A DNA stretch of 64,000 nt, taken from NCBI RefSeq assembly GCF_009914755.1, contig NC_060926.1, one strand, 5' to 3'. This document shows positions 14,001 through 26,158 of the stretch, one piece after another. Origin of the DNA: the human T2T-CHM13v2.0 reference genome, Homo sapiens. The position numbers were made by a program, and so were the translations under genes. The notes under the pieces were generated by a model. It did not search any database. It was not told where the DNA came from and worked only from the letters and a program-made list of their open reading frames with translations. The number at the start of each line of letters is the position of its first letter. Position 1 is the first letter of the stretch.

Positions 14001-14374
14001 TGGTTTGGCAGAATGGACTTCCACCTTCTCCAACAGCTGCCTTTTATAAGCTTATCTGAAACACTGACACAATTTTTGGAAGCTCATTAGACTTAAGAGT
14101 GATTGCAAATGAAATAGGATGCACAGTTACTCACTGACATTCATGCCTGCTTTTTAAATCTCATGCTGTATTGTTGCGGATCTTGATTTCACACTCAGAT
14201 GCTTAACCCCACATTAATATGTGTCTTCTTCCTCAAGATGAACACAGTTGCCTTCCTTGCCTGGTATTATCATTCCCCACCAACAAAATGGATTGCAGGA
14301 AGTTTAGAGGGAGAAAAAACAACTGACATGTCTCAAAATTTTAACCATGATTTTTCCATGTATTCCTTAATGCA

Positions 14375-14500
14375 ATTCATATATTTAATGCAATACATAT
14401 TGTTGAGTGCCTACTATGTACAGCCCTGTCCCGGCACAATGTAGATTGTTATGGGGAATTAGCTTCTTAAATAAAAAGACAGGTATTTTCATCTCCCTAG
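14375..14500 (-). mobile_element. L2 3'-end fragment
   Basis: ATATTGTTGAGTGCCTACTATGTACAGCCCTGT is the antisense L2 terminus. Confidence 0.55.
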
Positions 14501-16799
14501 GGTCATGCCAGATGTCTGTTTCTTTTTATCTTTCCTTATTGAATTATGTTTACCTGAATACATCAGGTTCATTTCACCTAGGCAGGATGTCCCATTAAGC
14601 ATGACAAGTAGAAGGTTGCAAGATTAATGCCCTTCTTGAGCTTGAATTAGTGTGTCAGCATCTTTCCAGACCTAGGACCAGAGTATACAGGAAGTATTCC
14701 ATAATGGACTTTAGCCTCTAACTGAACTGCTCTAATATTATTCCTATAACAAGACTCCTTTTAAAGAGTCTCATTATTGGCTTCATTAGATATGTTACTT
14801 GCATCAGTGGCTGTAGTTATGTGTATAATATAGGAGAGGTTAACATAGCGTATTTTTTATGTATTATATGGCATACAGCTTGAAGTAGCCAAAAGGTTTA
14901 TGGCGATGTAATTGGTAGTTAGTGTGAAATTTGTAAGACAAATAGACAATATCTAGGGTAACCCCTCTAATCCTCATCTTTCAGTTTTTTACAGCCACCA
15001 AAGGGCCTCATTAAAACAGCAGTCAGCACCTTAGTGAAAAGATAACAGTGCTTAGAGTGCCCAAATGTGACAGAAAATCTGCATTTTGTAAATCTGACAC
15101 CTTTGATAGATTATACAGTGTGAAGCCATTTCTTCTAAGCATTATGATAACGCTTAAGATTCTCTTCTGAATCCAACTTTGCTATATTCACCAGCTATAA
15201 CAATGTGAAAAAGAGCCAATTGAATAAAATGAAGCTTAGAAGGTGAAGAGGAACCTTTTTCTATGCCACGAAGCTCTTTGCAGGCAAAGGGGCTGGAACG
15301 CAGTCATTGGCATTTCCAAGGACCACTTAATCTTGGGGGTAACATTCCTTTAAATATGAGGATGCTGCTTATGAATACGCCAGCATTTGTGTACAACAAC
15401 ATGTAGGCTTCTAGGACAGAGGAATAGTAGTTTTATTTTCTACATGGGAAAGATTACTGGCTTTTCATATTTTTTTAAACAGATTAATGTTTTACAAGGG
15501 TACCCAGGCTAAGGGAATTAACGAAAACCTTACTCTTCATTTCACAAAAAGACCCTGTGAAATCTGAGACTTCAGAATGAGGAGGTCCAATGCAAATGAT
15601 GTAAAACCAAGCAAATCTTCTAATTTAGTTCTAGGTAGCTGCCGGAACAGAGCAGGACAAATGAAAATGACACCATGAATTGTAGAAGCATGACTGCAGT
15701 GATCTTAAGCAAAGACTGCCTCCCTTCAAGCCCTCACCATACCTTTCCCCAAGCCAGAAGATTTTGGCATGGTCCCTTTCACTCTGAGTCTCATCCCCAA
15801 GGCCTCTTTCAGAAAGATTGCATGGACAACTGACAACAAAGGTGGAAACTCAAATTGTAGGGCCTATAGAAGAAATAGTCTTCAGACATTCTGTTACATG
15901 TTAACGTACATTTTCATAGCTTCTTGGAGGAAGAAGGGAAGGCGTAGAATAAAACTTCCATATGATTTCATCTCTATATTGGCCCACAATTTGAAAATGT
16001 TTACTAATTATGATTGGGCCAAAATAGAAGGTGACCTCTCTTGAGCCCTTTGTGTCTGCCTGTGATTGAGGACTGTTCTTGTATGTATATATTTCCAGCA
16101 ATTCTTACAAAAGTAGAAAAGCCCATTCCCCACTCTTCCAAGCTTTCCATCTTTCTGGTCAAATGATATTAAAATGAAGTCTTTTGTTTTAAAACTTCTA
16201 AAAAGATGACCAGACCATTTTGGCCTGTATAGTTTATGTATTTTATGATGAATTCAGATTGCTGCTTAATATAGCAGTGGAGTATCTTCAGTAAAAATTG
16301 AAAAGTAGAAGAGATGACTAAAAAGCATGTTGTGTTATTTTTGTTTTAACCCATAGCATAATAGAGTGTTATTTGTAAGCAGCTGTAATTCAAATGAAAT
16401 AAAACATATCTGACCATTGTTTATATTTTAATATTGAAAGTCTTCGAGGACAGATTGATAATCATATTTAAACATGCCAAGGTAATTGCCTGTCTTTCTT
16501 GTTAGATATACTTAACCATATATACCTCCTGAAATTTCCTTTTCAGTATTTTATGTGTACTCATTTTGAATCTATTTTCTGAAAGGGTTAGGATTTTTTT
16601 TTCCCATGCGATAAAAGAAACCAGTTTTCATTTAAATGTTCCCATTTAGGTATTTGCAATTATTAATAATACAGCATACAAAAGGAAACATTTCAATGAC
16701 AGGAACCTTGAAACAAATCCTTGAGAATTTGGAATGGCTATTGCTTTCTCTTATAATAATCTGGGGCCAGTCACCACTTTTGTTGAATTCAGTGTGTGG

Positions 16800-16803
<4 letters not shown>

Positions 16804-16847
<44 letters not shown>
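16804..16847. repeat. Perfect (GT)22 microsatellite
   Basis: Direct count of 44 nt. Confidence 0.97.
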
Positions 16848-16850
<3 letters not shown>

Positions 16851-18020
16851 AGGGTCAAAGCTATTAAATTTTAGTCAGTTGCTAGAGGGAGTGGCAGGCC
16901 TCTTGACTGAGAAATCTACTTGAAATTACTCTTTGGGAGAAAAAAAAAAAGATAGAAAATTGCCTCATCAGACCCATCTTTCAACCAACAAATCCTGTGA
17001 CTCTCACTGTTCTTAATTGTTGACCCCTACCATCTGTGTCATGCAATGTGGTAGGAACTCTCCCTTCAAATAAAGATCCATGCTACCTCATCAGAATGTA
17101 CTTGTTAAAAGTGATAATGGTTCACAATCGGTACTTAGCCATGTGAAATACAATATCCCCTTTTAAAATGTGGAGGTTTCAGGCCTAAATTAATACCTTG
17201 GTATGTAAGTCATTACATTATCTGAAAATCATTTGATACGAAGGAGAAATATCTGTGAGATGCTTTTGTTATCCAAAGGGTTTGAATTGCTGAATTTATT
17301 TAATTTGCGAAAGGGAAGTTATTGCGTGATGTCTATGGCTAATTGCTGGAAGTCATTTAGCCTTTAAAAAGCTGCCTTTACATATGTAGCACCAGCACCG
17401 GAAAATGTATTTTAGGAAGTTATATATGTTTTTTCATCAAGTAAACAAAAAGCATTTGAAATATATCTGGCATTATATTCGTGGAACTGGACTTTAAAAA
17501 ATCACAACCTTATCCAGTGAATTCTCTGAGTGTATGTGGCTTGCCTTGCCCTGCAAAATGAACTTAAAGGGGCATTGTGAATAGAATATGTGGGTTTAAA
17601 ATTCAGTGGATTATTCACATCTGTTAGGTGAGAATTAAAGAGCGCTGAAATAATGTATTCTTATGTTTTAGAGCTATCACTGCCAAAGGCTACTGACTAG
17701 TAAGTATCAACATCTGTGTTACCTCTCCTTTTGATTTCCTGATTCGATGTGTCTAAACATTTCATTTACTACTGGAATTTTTAAAAGTAGTTTTAAGCCT
17801 CTGTTTGATGTACTAATTCATTGAAAGATATTATTAGCAAATATTAGTTAAGGGATTATATGTACAATTAGCGCAAAATAACATTTACCGAATGTTGTGA
17901 TTCGTATTATTGAAAGGACGTCAGACTCTTGAAATGGTAAATAATGGAATAAAAATAAATAAAGGTACCTGTATTTTGACAGTGATATTCCACCTCTGGT
18001 TTCCCCATGCGCAAGCGTAA

Positions 18021-18065
18021 ACACACACTCTCTCTCTCTCTCTCCGTCTCTCTCTCACACACACA
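18021..18065. repeat. Compound (AC)/(TC) microsatellite
   Basis: ACACACAC-TCTCTCTC...-CACACACAC seen directly. Confidence 0.9.
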
Positions 18066-18444
18066 ATCATTCAAATGCCTTTTCTTTCTCTGACAAAAAT
18101 ATTCATTAAAAACATTTCACTGTGCTGCCTTTTAATATAGCACGGGCATTCAACCTGCACGGGAAGCTTCCTGGAACCGCACAAATACTGTGTAATTATC
18201 TGGTGGCTCCCTGCTGGCTGCTGCATATTCCAAGCACAAAGTGAGCAGCGCATTTCTAGAGCCTGACTCCTGTCTTCATTGTCCCTGCTTGGAATATGAA
18301 GCCTCACTTCATTATAGTAGACCTGATCAAACTTGATAGATTTAGCCATTATTCTTGACTGTGTCAACTTTCCACAGTTTTCCACCCCCTCTCCTTGGAC
18401 TCTTTTGTTTTGCCACCCAGGGAATGCAGAATATTCTGAGTCTA

Positions 18445-18575
18445 GGCTTCTCTCTTTCTCGCCTCTTCTTCTCTTTCTTCCCTCCCTCTCTCTCTGGGCT
18501 CTCTTAATCCCCCTCCTTCTCCCTCCACCCCATTTCTTTCACTATCTCCCCCCCTCTTTCTCTCCCCTCTCCCAC
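18445..18575. repeat. Pyrimidine-rich low-complexity tract
   Basis: About 130 nt almost entirely C/T on the + strand. Confidence 0.85.
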
Positions 18576-19512
18576 CCAAACAAACCAAGGATTCAACAAA
18601 TAATGTTCTTTCCACATCATGTGATTCAAGGAAAATAAGGCTGCAATTTTTCTCTCAATTGTCCTCTTTGGTTTTGAGTTTTCCGTTACTATAAAAGAAT
18701 TCTGCAGCAATGTTGACACACAAGGCAGAAATTCTTTGAAAATCCTTTTATATTTCCTGTTAGTAGCACAGTAACTTTTGCTCTATGATGTTGTGATGGT
18801 TGTTTTTTTTTGTTTTTTTTTTTGGTCTGTTTTATGACAACTTTCAAGGAGCACTTCAGAGTTCATATTTTCAAGGATCATCCACATCAGTGTATCTTAT
18901 CAAATTTTATAAATGCCCTAGTGCATTTTCTTTGCAAAAGGCATTAGATCATTCTCTAGGCAAATACAGATGTTGATACAACTGGTTTAGCATAACGGAT
19001 TGCTTGTAGTATTTGAGAGTTCCTATGTAACAATAGAGAATTATATCATAGCTCTAACAAAATTTTAAAGTATCAGAAAAAGAACGCAACCCACATTACC
19101 ATAATTAGGACCACACTGATCCCTCAAACTGTCATGGAACAAGTTAACCAATATGTCAGGAATTGTTACTGAACTTAAAATACTTATAAGGTCAATTTAT
19201 CGTTACCCTAGTTAATGAATATTTTGTGGTGAGATTTAATTCCTTGAGTTTTAATTTATTTCTTTTGCACATATAGCCCTTGGGTGGATCTCAAATGCTA
19301 TTTAAAAGTTAAAAAATAATGCTTATGTTAAAGTCTGCTTATTAAGTGCAAATTATTAGTACAGTAAAAACTTAAGGGCCTTAGAAAGTTCTCTCACTCT
19401 CAAGAGTATCTCCACACCCCAAAACACTGCCAATCCTTTTAAATTTTTATTTTTTGAAAGCAAAAGCCAGGCTCCCAACATGGTGCTTTTCAACAAGTTT
19501 GCTCACTTATTC

Positions 19513-19548
19513 TTATTGTAGCTTCTGCTTTTATTGTAGCTTCTGCTT
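19513..19548. repeat. 18-bp tandem duplication TTATTGTAGCTTCTGCTT x2
   Basis: Seen directly. Confidence 0.9.
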
Positions 19549-21269
19549 TTATGCCACAGAAATAAGGTAAGACGCTAGTATGGCATGAATTTAATATTAT
19601 CCTGCTTAAATTTAAAATAAAATAATTATTTTTTAGAGTGGCATTTTCAGTCACACCAAAAGCTTCATGGCATCTTAAAATGTAAATTGCCGTGAAGCAA
19701 CACAAAGGAGAAAGAGAAGATTTTGAAGGCAATCGCACTGATCACTTAATTCAGTAGCTGCATATCCACTTGGCATAAGGTAATTAGAGTGCCACATTGC
19801 TGTAAAGACAGAAAGCTTAGGGTCCCATTCTGACTCACCCAGACGATAATACATGATTAGAAGTCAGTGACAGATCACAACTGCTGAATGACCCACCAAG
19901 GTCTTATCAAGGGCAAATCGCATAATTAGCATGCACTTCACTGGCAAAGGAGTACAGTGCTATTGTTCCCGCACAATCAAATTAGCCCCGCCAATGAGGT
20001 CAGTGTTCTGTGACCTTAGAGACATTTTATGTCTTATTCCCCCTCCTTGTCTCTCACATACACACGTGCAATATGCACACATGTACACACTTAAACTGAA
20101 CCTAAGTTCTATGGACACTCCACACATGTTTTATAGAGGCATTTTTGAAGTACACTCCATTGACTCTTTAGTTCATCATATGTGGAATGAGGAAACTAGC
20201 TAATGTAGTCTGACCCTGGGGAACACATATGTAATGGAGCTACTTTGACATAAATTCAAGCATCTAGTGAGGCTCTGATCTCACATTATTTGCTCTTAAT
20301 ACATCTGCAGCATCCCATGTGTACTAATGAAGTCTCAATTCAAGCTGCAGATCTCTCCTTCCTTTTGGCAGTCAAAATGACCTGGCTGATTTGTCCACTC
20401 TGCCTCCATCCCAGCTACATTTTCCTCAAGCACTATGCATTTCTGTGACCCTAAACTTCTCTCAGAAAGGGCAAAATTTGGAAAATGGCTGAGGCCCCTC
20501 ATAGCTCCAGACCATTCTTGCAGCCGGAGTACCCCTTACTGTGCCACCGATGGCCCACTGAGTGTAGCTGTCATAGGGTCAGAGGCTTCCCCTGCTGGGT
20601 GACATGTTGGTCTGTGATCTGAAAAGTGGGCATCTTCTTTTCATTTTCAGCAATGTGGGGAATCCTGGAAGAGCCCTTCTGTGAAACAACTTGACTGACT
20701 AGCAAGGAGCCTGTTTTGTTTTCCAGCTTGAAAGTCACTTTTTGATTTGTTCTACACACTTCGTCACGTGTTCACTGCACAGGAGAGGTCGACTGGCACT
20801 CTGCACTGAGCAGAATCATATGTTACCCTCGCCCTGCCATTTCCATCATTCCACTGTGCTCTCCCTGAACCAGGTATTATCATCACCCACACTCCTGAAT
20901 TCCATTCTGCTGGCATTACCTGCCTCCATACTTTCTACTGATTCCTTTAAAGACATGTTTACATCCTATCAAATTAAAGCCAAGTTTTGAGTCCTCTAAA
21001 GAGGATGATGAAGATATTTTGTTCTCTTAAGAGCTAAATAATTTCAAGTTTTCATTCTTCGAATCTTGCCCAAACATGACTCACAATTTACTACTGTTAA
21101 GATAAGGCTCACATGAGCTGAGATTTCATGACATTCTCAGAAACATGTAGTCCAAATTTTAGCGCTAATGAGAAGTCTAGGGAATATTGATTTGTATAAA
21201 AGGGAGGGGCTCTGGCTCGAGGCTATTGTTCAGGGAGTGGGGGCTGCCTGAGTTGTGGGAAGCTTTGGA

Positions 21270-21445
21270 TTTGTGGTGCAATCAAGAAGCAGTGGACTGA
21301 ATTGAATATCAGATGACTTGGGCCTAGCCCTGGCTTTGAACTTGGCCAAGGCTTTTTTAAATTCTTGGCCTGGATGTCTTCATCTGCAAAATGACTAGAT
21401 TTGGCAAGAGGCTCTCTCTGGTGTCTCCCAGCAATAACATTCTGT
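21270..21445 (+). mobile_element. MIR (MIR3/MIRc-like)
   Basis: CAGTGGACTGA...TCAGATGACTTGGGCCTAGCCCTGGCTTTG...CTTCATCTGCAAAATG. Confidence 0.6.
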
Positions 21446-24436
21446 ATTTCTAAAACATGTATGAAAGCTTTGACCAGTTCATCTGGTCAGATGTACGAAC
21501 CAGTTGCCGTCTTCAATGTTTGCGTGTCACAGCTGTGACCATTGTAACTAATAGCAATGTTGCAGGTAGTGGATTCAGACCTTGGAAATCTAACAGCACA
21601 AGGAAGAGAGGGATGCGAATGTATCTCTTGTTTATAAGACTTCATCTTCTCTCACCCTAGACACATACACCTTCTGTAATTAAACACTAAGGAAAGCGAG
21701 AAGCCAGTGAAAGTACAACTGAACTTATGTTTAAATAATATGTTTCCAAAGTGTCACTGACCAGGCAAGTTTATCTTTGAGCCAATTAAATAATTCTAGC
21801 TCCACTTTGGCCTCTTCTGTAATTGCTGTATTTTGTGACACTTACATGTTAATAGGTAATGCATGTTTACAACTGTGTTGTGGTGCTCCCATGCATCCAA
21901 ACATATTTTCTTGGGCAAATGAAAGATTTTGATTGACTTCTATTTTCTGAAGCTGAACTCCATGAATATTTTAAAAGAAGGAGATTTAAATTAGAGTTTA
22001 GTAGTATAGGGTCCTCCCTAAGAATTTATTTCTAAAGTATAGTTCATCTATTATAAATGCCTTGGCCATTTGTGCTATATACAGGGATAAAACTTTTCTT
22101 CTTCTATAGCACAAAGATAATTTCTAAAGGTCTTGTTGATTTTGCAAATACAGGGACGTTTCCCTTCAATGAGAATTAATACTGTCTGTCTATAGAATGG
22201 CAGCAGTATTCAGCATGCCACAAAAGTTCCTGAAAACATTGTATTTATAATGATTGTGATAAGCTATTCCATCCTCCTGGTGTTTAGCCTTCATGGTAAC
22301 TTCTTTTTGATGAAAAATTATAGAGAATTATGCACAAAGGAGCAGTTTTTATACTTGTAATGGAAATATTAAAAAGAGACCCATTTTTACAAATTCTCTA
22401 TCTAATAGAGATTTTACAGCATCTGTAAAATATAGACACTGCATCTTGCAGCACTGTTTCTGCTGTTAGGGTGTGTGCTGATTTGTATAAGGTGTATATT
22501 TTCATATGTGTGCTCTGGGTACATTATATATATTACATATAAATATAAATCATGGTACCCAAAGTCTCCAGGGGACCCCCCCCAGCCCTTAGTCATCCAG
22601 TGCAAACCATGAAAGTCCCCTAACAAACAGGATTAAAATTCACTCCTTTCAACCATCCCAGGCATTTATTCCTTCCTTTTCATTGAGCTACATTTGTCTG
22701 ATTTAACAAGATAAGATTTGAGTGCTGATGCAGCCCGTTGTTAATGTAGCAGCCGCATCCACCATACCATCGACACTCGGCATCAGAGGAATGCATAAAT
22801 CAGGTATTCAAAAAAAATTAGATATGCAGCACACCAGTTTTATAGTCCCAGCCTCAGAAATTGAAATGGCCCAGATTAATGTATTATATCTTACACACTG
22901 TCCGAGTGAATCAACTTTAATATATTGAACAGATTCGCAGAACAAGACTTTGTTATCTAAGGAGCACTCGGAAGAAGGAATTGACCTGAGGATTTGATTT
23001 GGTTCAGGTAGTTCATGTTGTACAGCAGCATTTGAATAGTTTCACATAAAAATAAAATTTGTATTAGAAATATTTCACATCATTTCTGGGCTCATCCACA
23101 CGGCAGCTTTGCAGAGGGCCAATATTACAGAAACAATATCCGGCCAAGTTATGATTTTAACCTTTGCTTCTGACATGGCAAAACAATATAATTGTAATTT
23201 TAATGCAAGCTGCTGTTTCTCAGCAAGGCAGCTTGTACAGGCTGACTTTAACTAGTTTGGATTTTGACTGGAAATGAAATGCCCATTGAATTGCTCATAC
23301 AATAGAAGCACCACAATTTGTAGCATTCCATTCCCAAAGGCTCAGTCGGGGCTGAAGCTGCTCTGTGAAGAAGCTGCTTTTTATACTGTTGGATGCCTTT
23401 CCAGGAAAGGACCAGCCTGGAAGCAATGCAAGGTTGTGAGGACAGTATCTCTTTTCTTTGCCAGGCTGGGATAGCCATGACTGGGAAATAGTTTTGGGAT
23501 TTGAACTCAGAGATGATGTGATCTTTCCCCTGATCACCTGCAATAGAGGAAGGATGGAAAGAAGAAGAGCAAAAATTGAAGTCTAGAGAGAAATAATCTG
23601 CATTTGGGGAATACGTGCCAAAGTGTTTCATTCTTCCACACTTTCTTTTTTCTGTTTTAAATGCAGCTACATTCTAGAGGACCCTCTTTGTGTAACTGCA
23701 AGACCTGCAGGACTGTGCTCTCTTCCCAGAGTGACAATGATGGAGCCTGAAATCATATCTTATACTTATTGGCAATGTCAGCTATGTGATCCACGACAGA
23801 CTATAAACTCCACCCTACCCAGAGGTGGCATTCTATTTAATGCATTTGATAGAACAAATGCTAGCGGTAGTGACAATTTTCTCATTGAACTCAGAAAATC
23901 TTTGTTATTTCTAAAGTGTTTGGAATGACAGAAATAGGCAGAGACAGACATTAAATGTAAAGACAGTAAATAGACACAAAACTGGCCAAACACTAGTTCC
24001 TGTTACATTTACATGCAAAGTAAACAAGAAGTCAAAAAAAAAAAAACACAAAAAAACACATACTTCATCCTTAGGACAATACTACAGCCCTTGTTGGCAA
24101 AGATTCTTTTGCCTATTTATTTACCCAATTAGTCTTGCCTGTTTTTCATACCTTTAATTTATTCTAATTTTTAACTAAAAGGCATGCTTTGGTTCATTCA
24201 GCCAACCTCATAGGTAGATGGCTAATGTTCCTGGTTTTTCTGTGGTTGGTGGAGCTGTATGTGAACATGTCTGACATCAGAAATCTGACTATGCTTTTGT
24301 GACTGTTTCTGCTTCTGTTTTCACCTGCCCAATTCTCCCTTTTCAGATGTCAATACTAATCTTTTTATTGACTGGAAACTCAGCCCTCTTTCCCTTCTCC
24401 CCTACCAACCCAATCCGGGCTGGGACCCACTGATGG

Positions 24437-24604
24437 AAGAGGGAAGCTTGTCCCCTCAGGGTCTTGGACTTGGAAACCATCTGATGGCCCCTCTGAGGAC
24501 ACAGGTCAAGGCCCAAGATAGTCTTTGAGCAGGGCAAGGGTCAGCAGGGCGAGGGTCCCACGTGCCACTTGCCATATAATTGCAGACGCTGGCATTCATT
24601 CCTC
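24437..24604 (+). repeat. Left arm of ~168-bp inverted repeat
   Basis: Reverse complement of 25544-25712; about 9 substitutions and 1 indel by manual alignment. Confidence 0.95.
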
Positions 24605-24609
24605 TCCTT

Positions 24610-24780
24610 ACATCCTGTATTACCCCTTGTCCCAGTGTTTGCCTATTAGCTTTTTAGGTACTGATTTAAATCTATTTTTCCCAAGAGAACTCAAAGCTCT
24701 TTAAGACTGTCTTTTTCATATATTCCTCATTCTTAGCACAGTGCCTGGCACATAATAGGGTTTCACTAGAAATCAGTGAA
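24610..24780 (+). mobile_element. L2 3' end (sense)
   Basis: CTTAGCACAGTGCCTGGCACATAATAGG. Confidence 0.7.
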
Positions 24781-24784
24781 TTCA

Positions 24785-24945
24785 TGTATTCATTCATTCA
24801 GTGAATATTTTTGAATGCCGCCTCTGTGTCAGGCACTGTTCTGAGCCCCAGGGATACAGCCGTGAACATAACAAAGCCCCTACTCTCACAGCACTTACAC
24901 TTTAGGGTGGGAAACAGATATTGGCAAACAAACATGTTAAATGAG
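24785..24945 (-). mobile_element. L2 3' end (antisense)
   Basis: ATTCATTCATTCAGTGAATATTTTTGAATGCC...TGTGTCAGGCACTGTTCTGAGC...GGATACAGCCGTGAACA. Confidence 0.8.
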
Positions 24946-25543
24946 CCATATGAAATTACCAATATATGACCAGATGAGATCTAGAAAAATAGAAATTTCA
25001 TATGGTCTGACCTAATACACAGCATATCATGTGGAGATAATGAACATACCAGTGCAGTCATGGTGTTTGACAACATTCTCTGAGCCATGTTATGATTTGA
25101 AAGGTTCCAGCTCCAGCTTAGTCTACTTTCACATAATAAAATTGTCCAAAAATCATCAGAAAAAAATGGAGCACCATTAGTCAGATGGAATGTAATAGTT
25201 GCTCTCATGGCTATTGAAACAACAATCATCACATCCTGTTATGTGTGTGTTACTCTACATAGTTGGCATGGCAGAACCAGTCCTTTTTTCTGTACTTGGG
25301 GGTCTCAGCATATCCTTAGAGCCCTAGAGAACCAGCCTGTGCCAAGTACCTGTGTGGCGCGGGCTGGGTCTCTGGCCAACAGGATTCTCATTGAGCCACA
25401 GTGACTCTTCTCCCTCATGGGTTCAGGCCCTTCACCATGGTTCTGGTAAGTAAAGCTGCCATTCTGGGGAGAGTGATTTGGGGGCTGGTAAGCAAAAGGA
25501 AATGAGACCACACAACGTGTTTCCCCACCTCCTTGCCCAAGCT

Positions 25544-25712
25544 GAGGAATGAATGCCAGTGTCTGCAATTATATGGCAAGTGGCACATGAGACCCTTCTC
25601 CCCGCTGACCCTTGCCCTGCTCAAAGACCATCTTGGGCCTTGACCTGTGTCCTTAGAGGGGCCATCAGATGATTTCCAAGTCCAGGACCCTGAGGGGACA
25701 AGCTTCCCTCTT
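25544..25712 (-). repeat. Right arm of ~168-bp inverted repeat
   Basis: Reverse complement of 24437-24604. Confidence 0.95.
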
Positions 25713-25871
25713 GCAGGCACACTTGGTGCATTATTTCTCATGGCATGTTCTTGTAATATTCGGCTTTGACAGCACAGTCTCTGAGCGTGCATAGGAAGGT
25801 GTCAAAAAAGTGCTAATACTTCTGCTTGTTCAGATCATTAATTTTCTCAAAGAAATACTAAATAAAATGAC

Positions 25872-26158
25872 TTTTTTTTTTTTTTGAGACAGAGTCTCGC
25901 TCTGTCACCCGGGCTAGAGTGCAGTGGTGCTGCGATCAAGCTCTGCCTCCCGGGTTTACACCATTCTCCTGCCTCAGCCTCCCGAGTAGCTGGGACTACA
26001 GGCACCCGCACCATGCCTGGCTAATTTTTTGTATTTTTAGTAGAGACTAAAAATTTCACCGTGTTAGCCAGGATGGTCTCGATCTCCTGACCTCGTGATC
26101 CACTCGCCTCGGCCTCCCAAAGTGCTGGGACTACAAGCATGAGCCACCGCGCCCAGCC
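25872..26158 (-). mobile_element. AluY-like SINE
   Basis: Poly-T tail and Y-type diagnostics (AAGCTCTGCCTCCCGGG, CCATTCTCC, GTGTTAGCCAGGATGGTCTCGATC); TSD TAAAATGAC at 25863-25871 and 26159-26167. Confidence 0.92.

Noticed and set aside
24437-25712. Reading the inverted repeat as a novel DNA transposon or MITE with long TIRs
   Set aside because: No target-site duplication, no transposase-like ORF, and the spacer contains much older L2 fragments.
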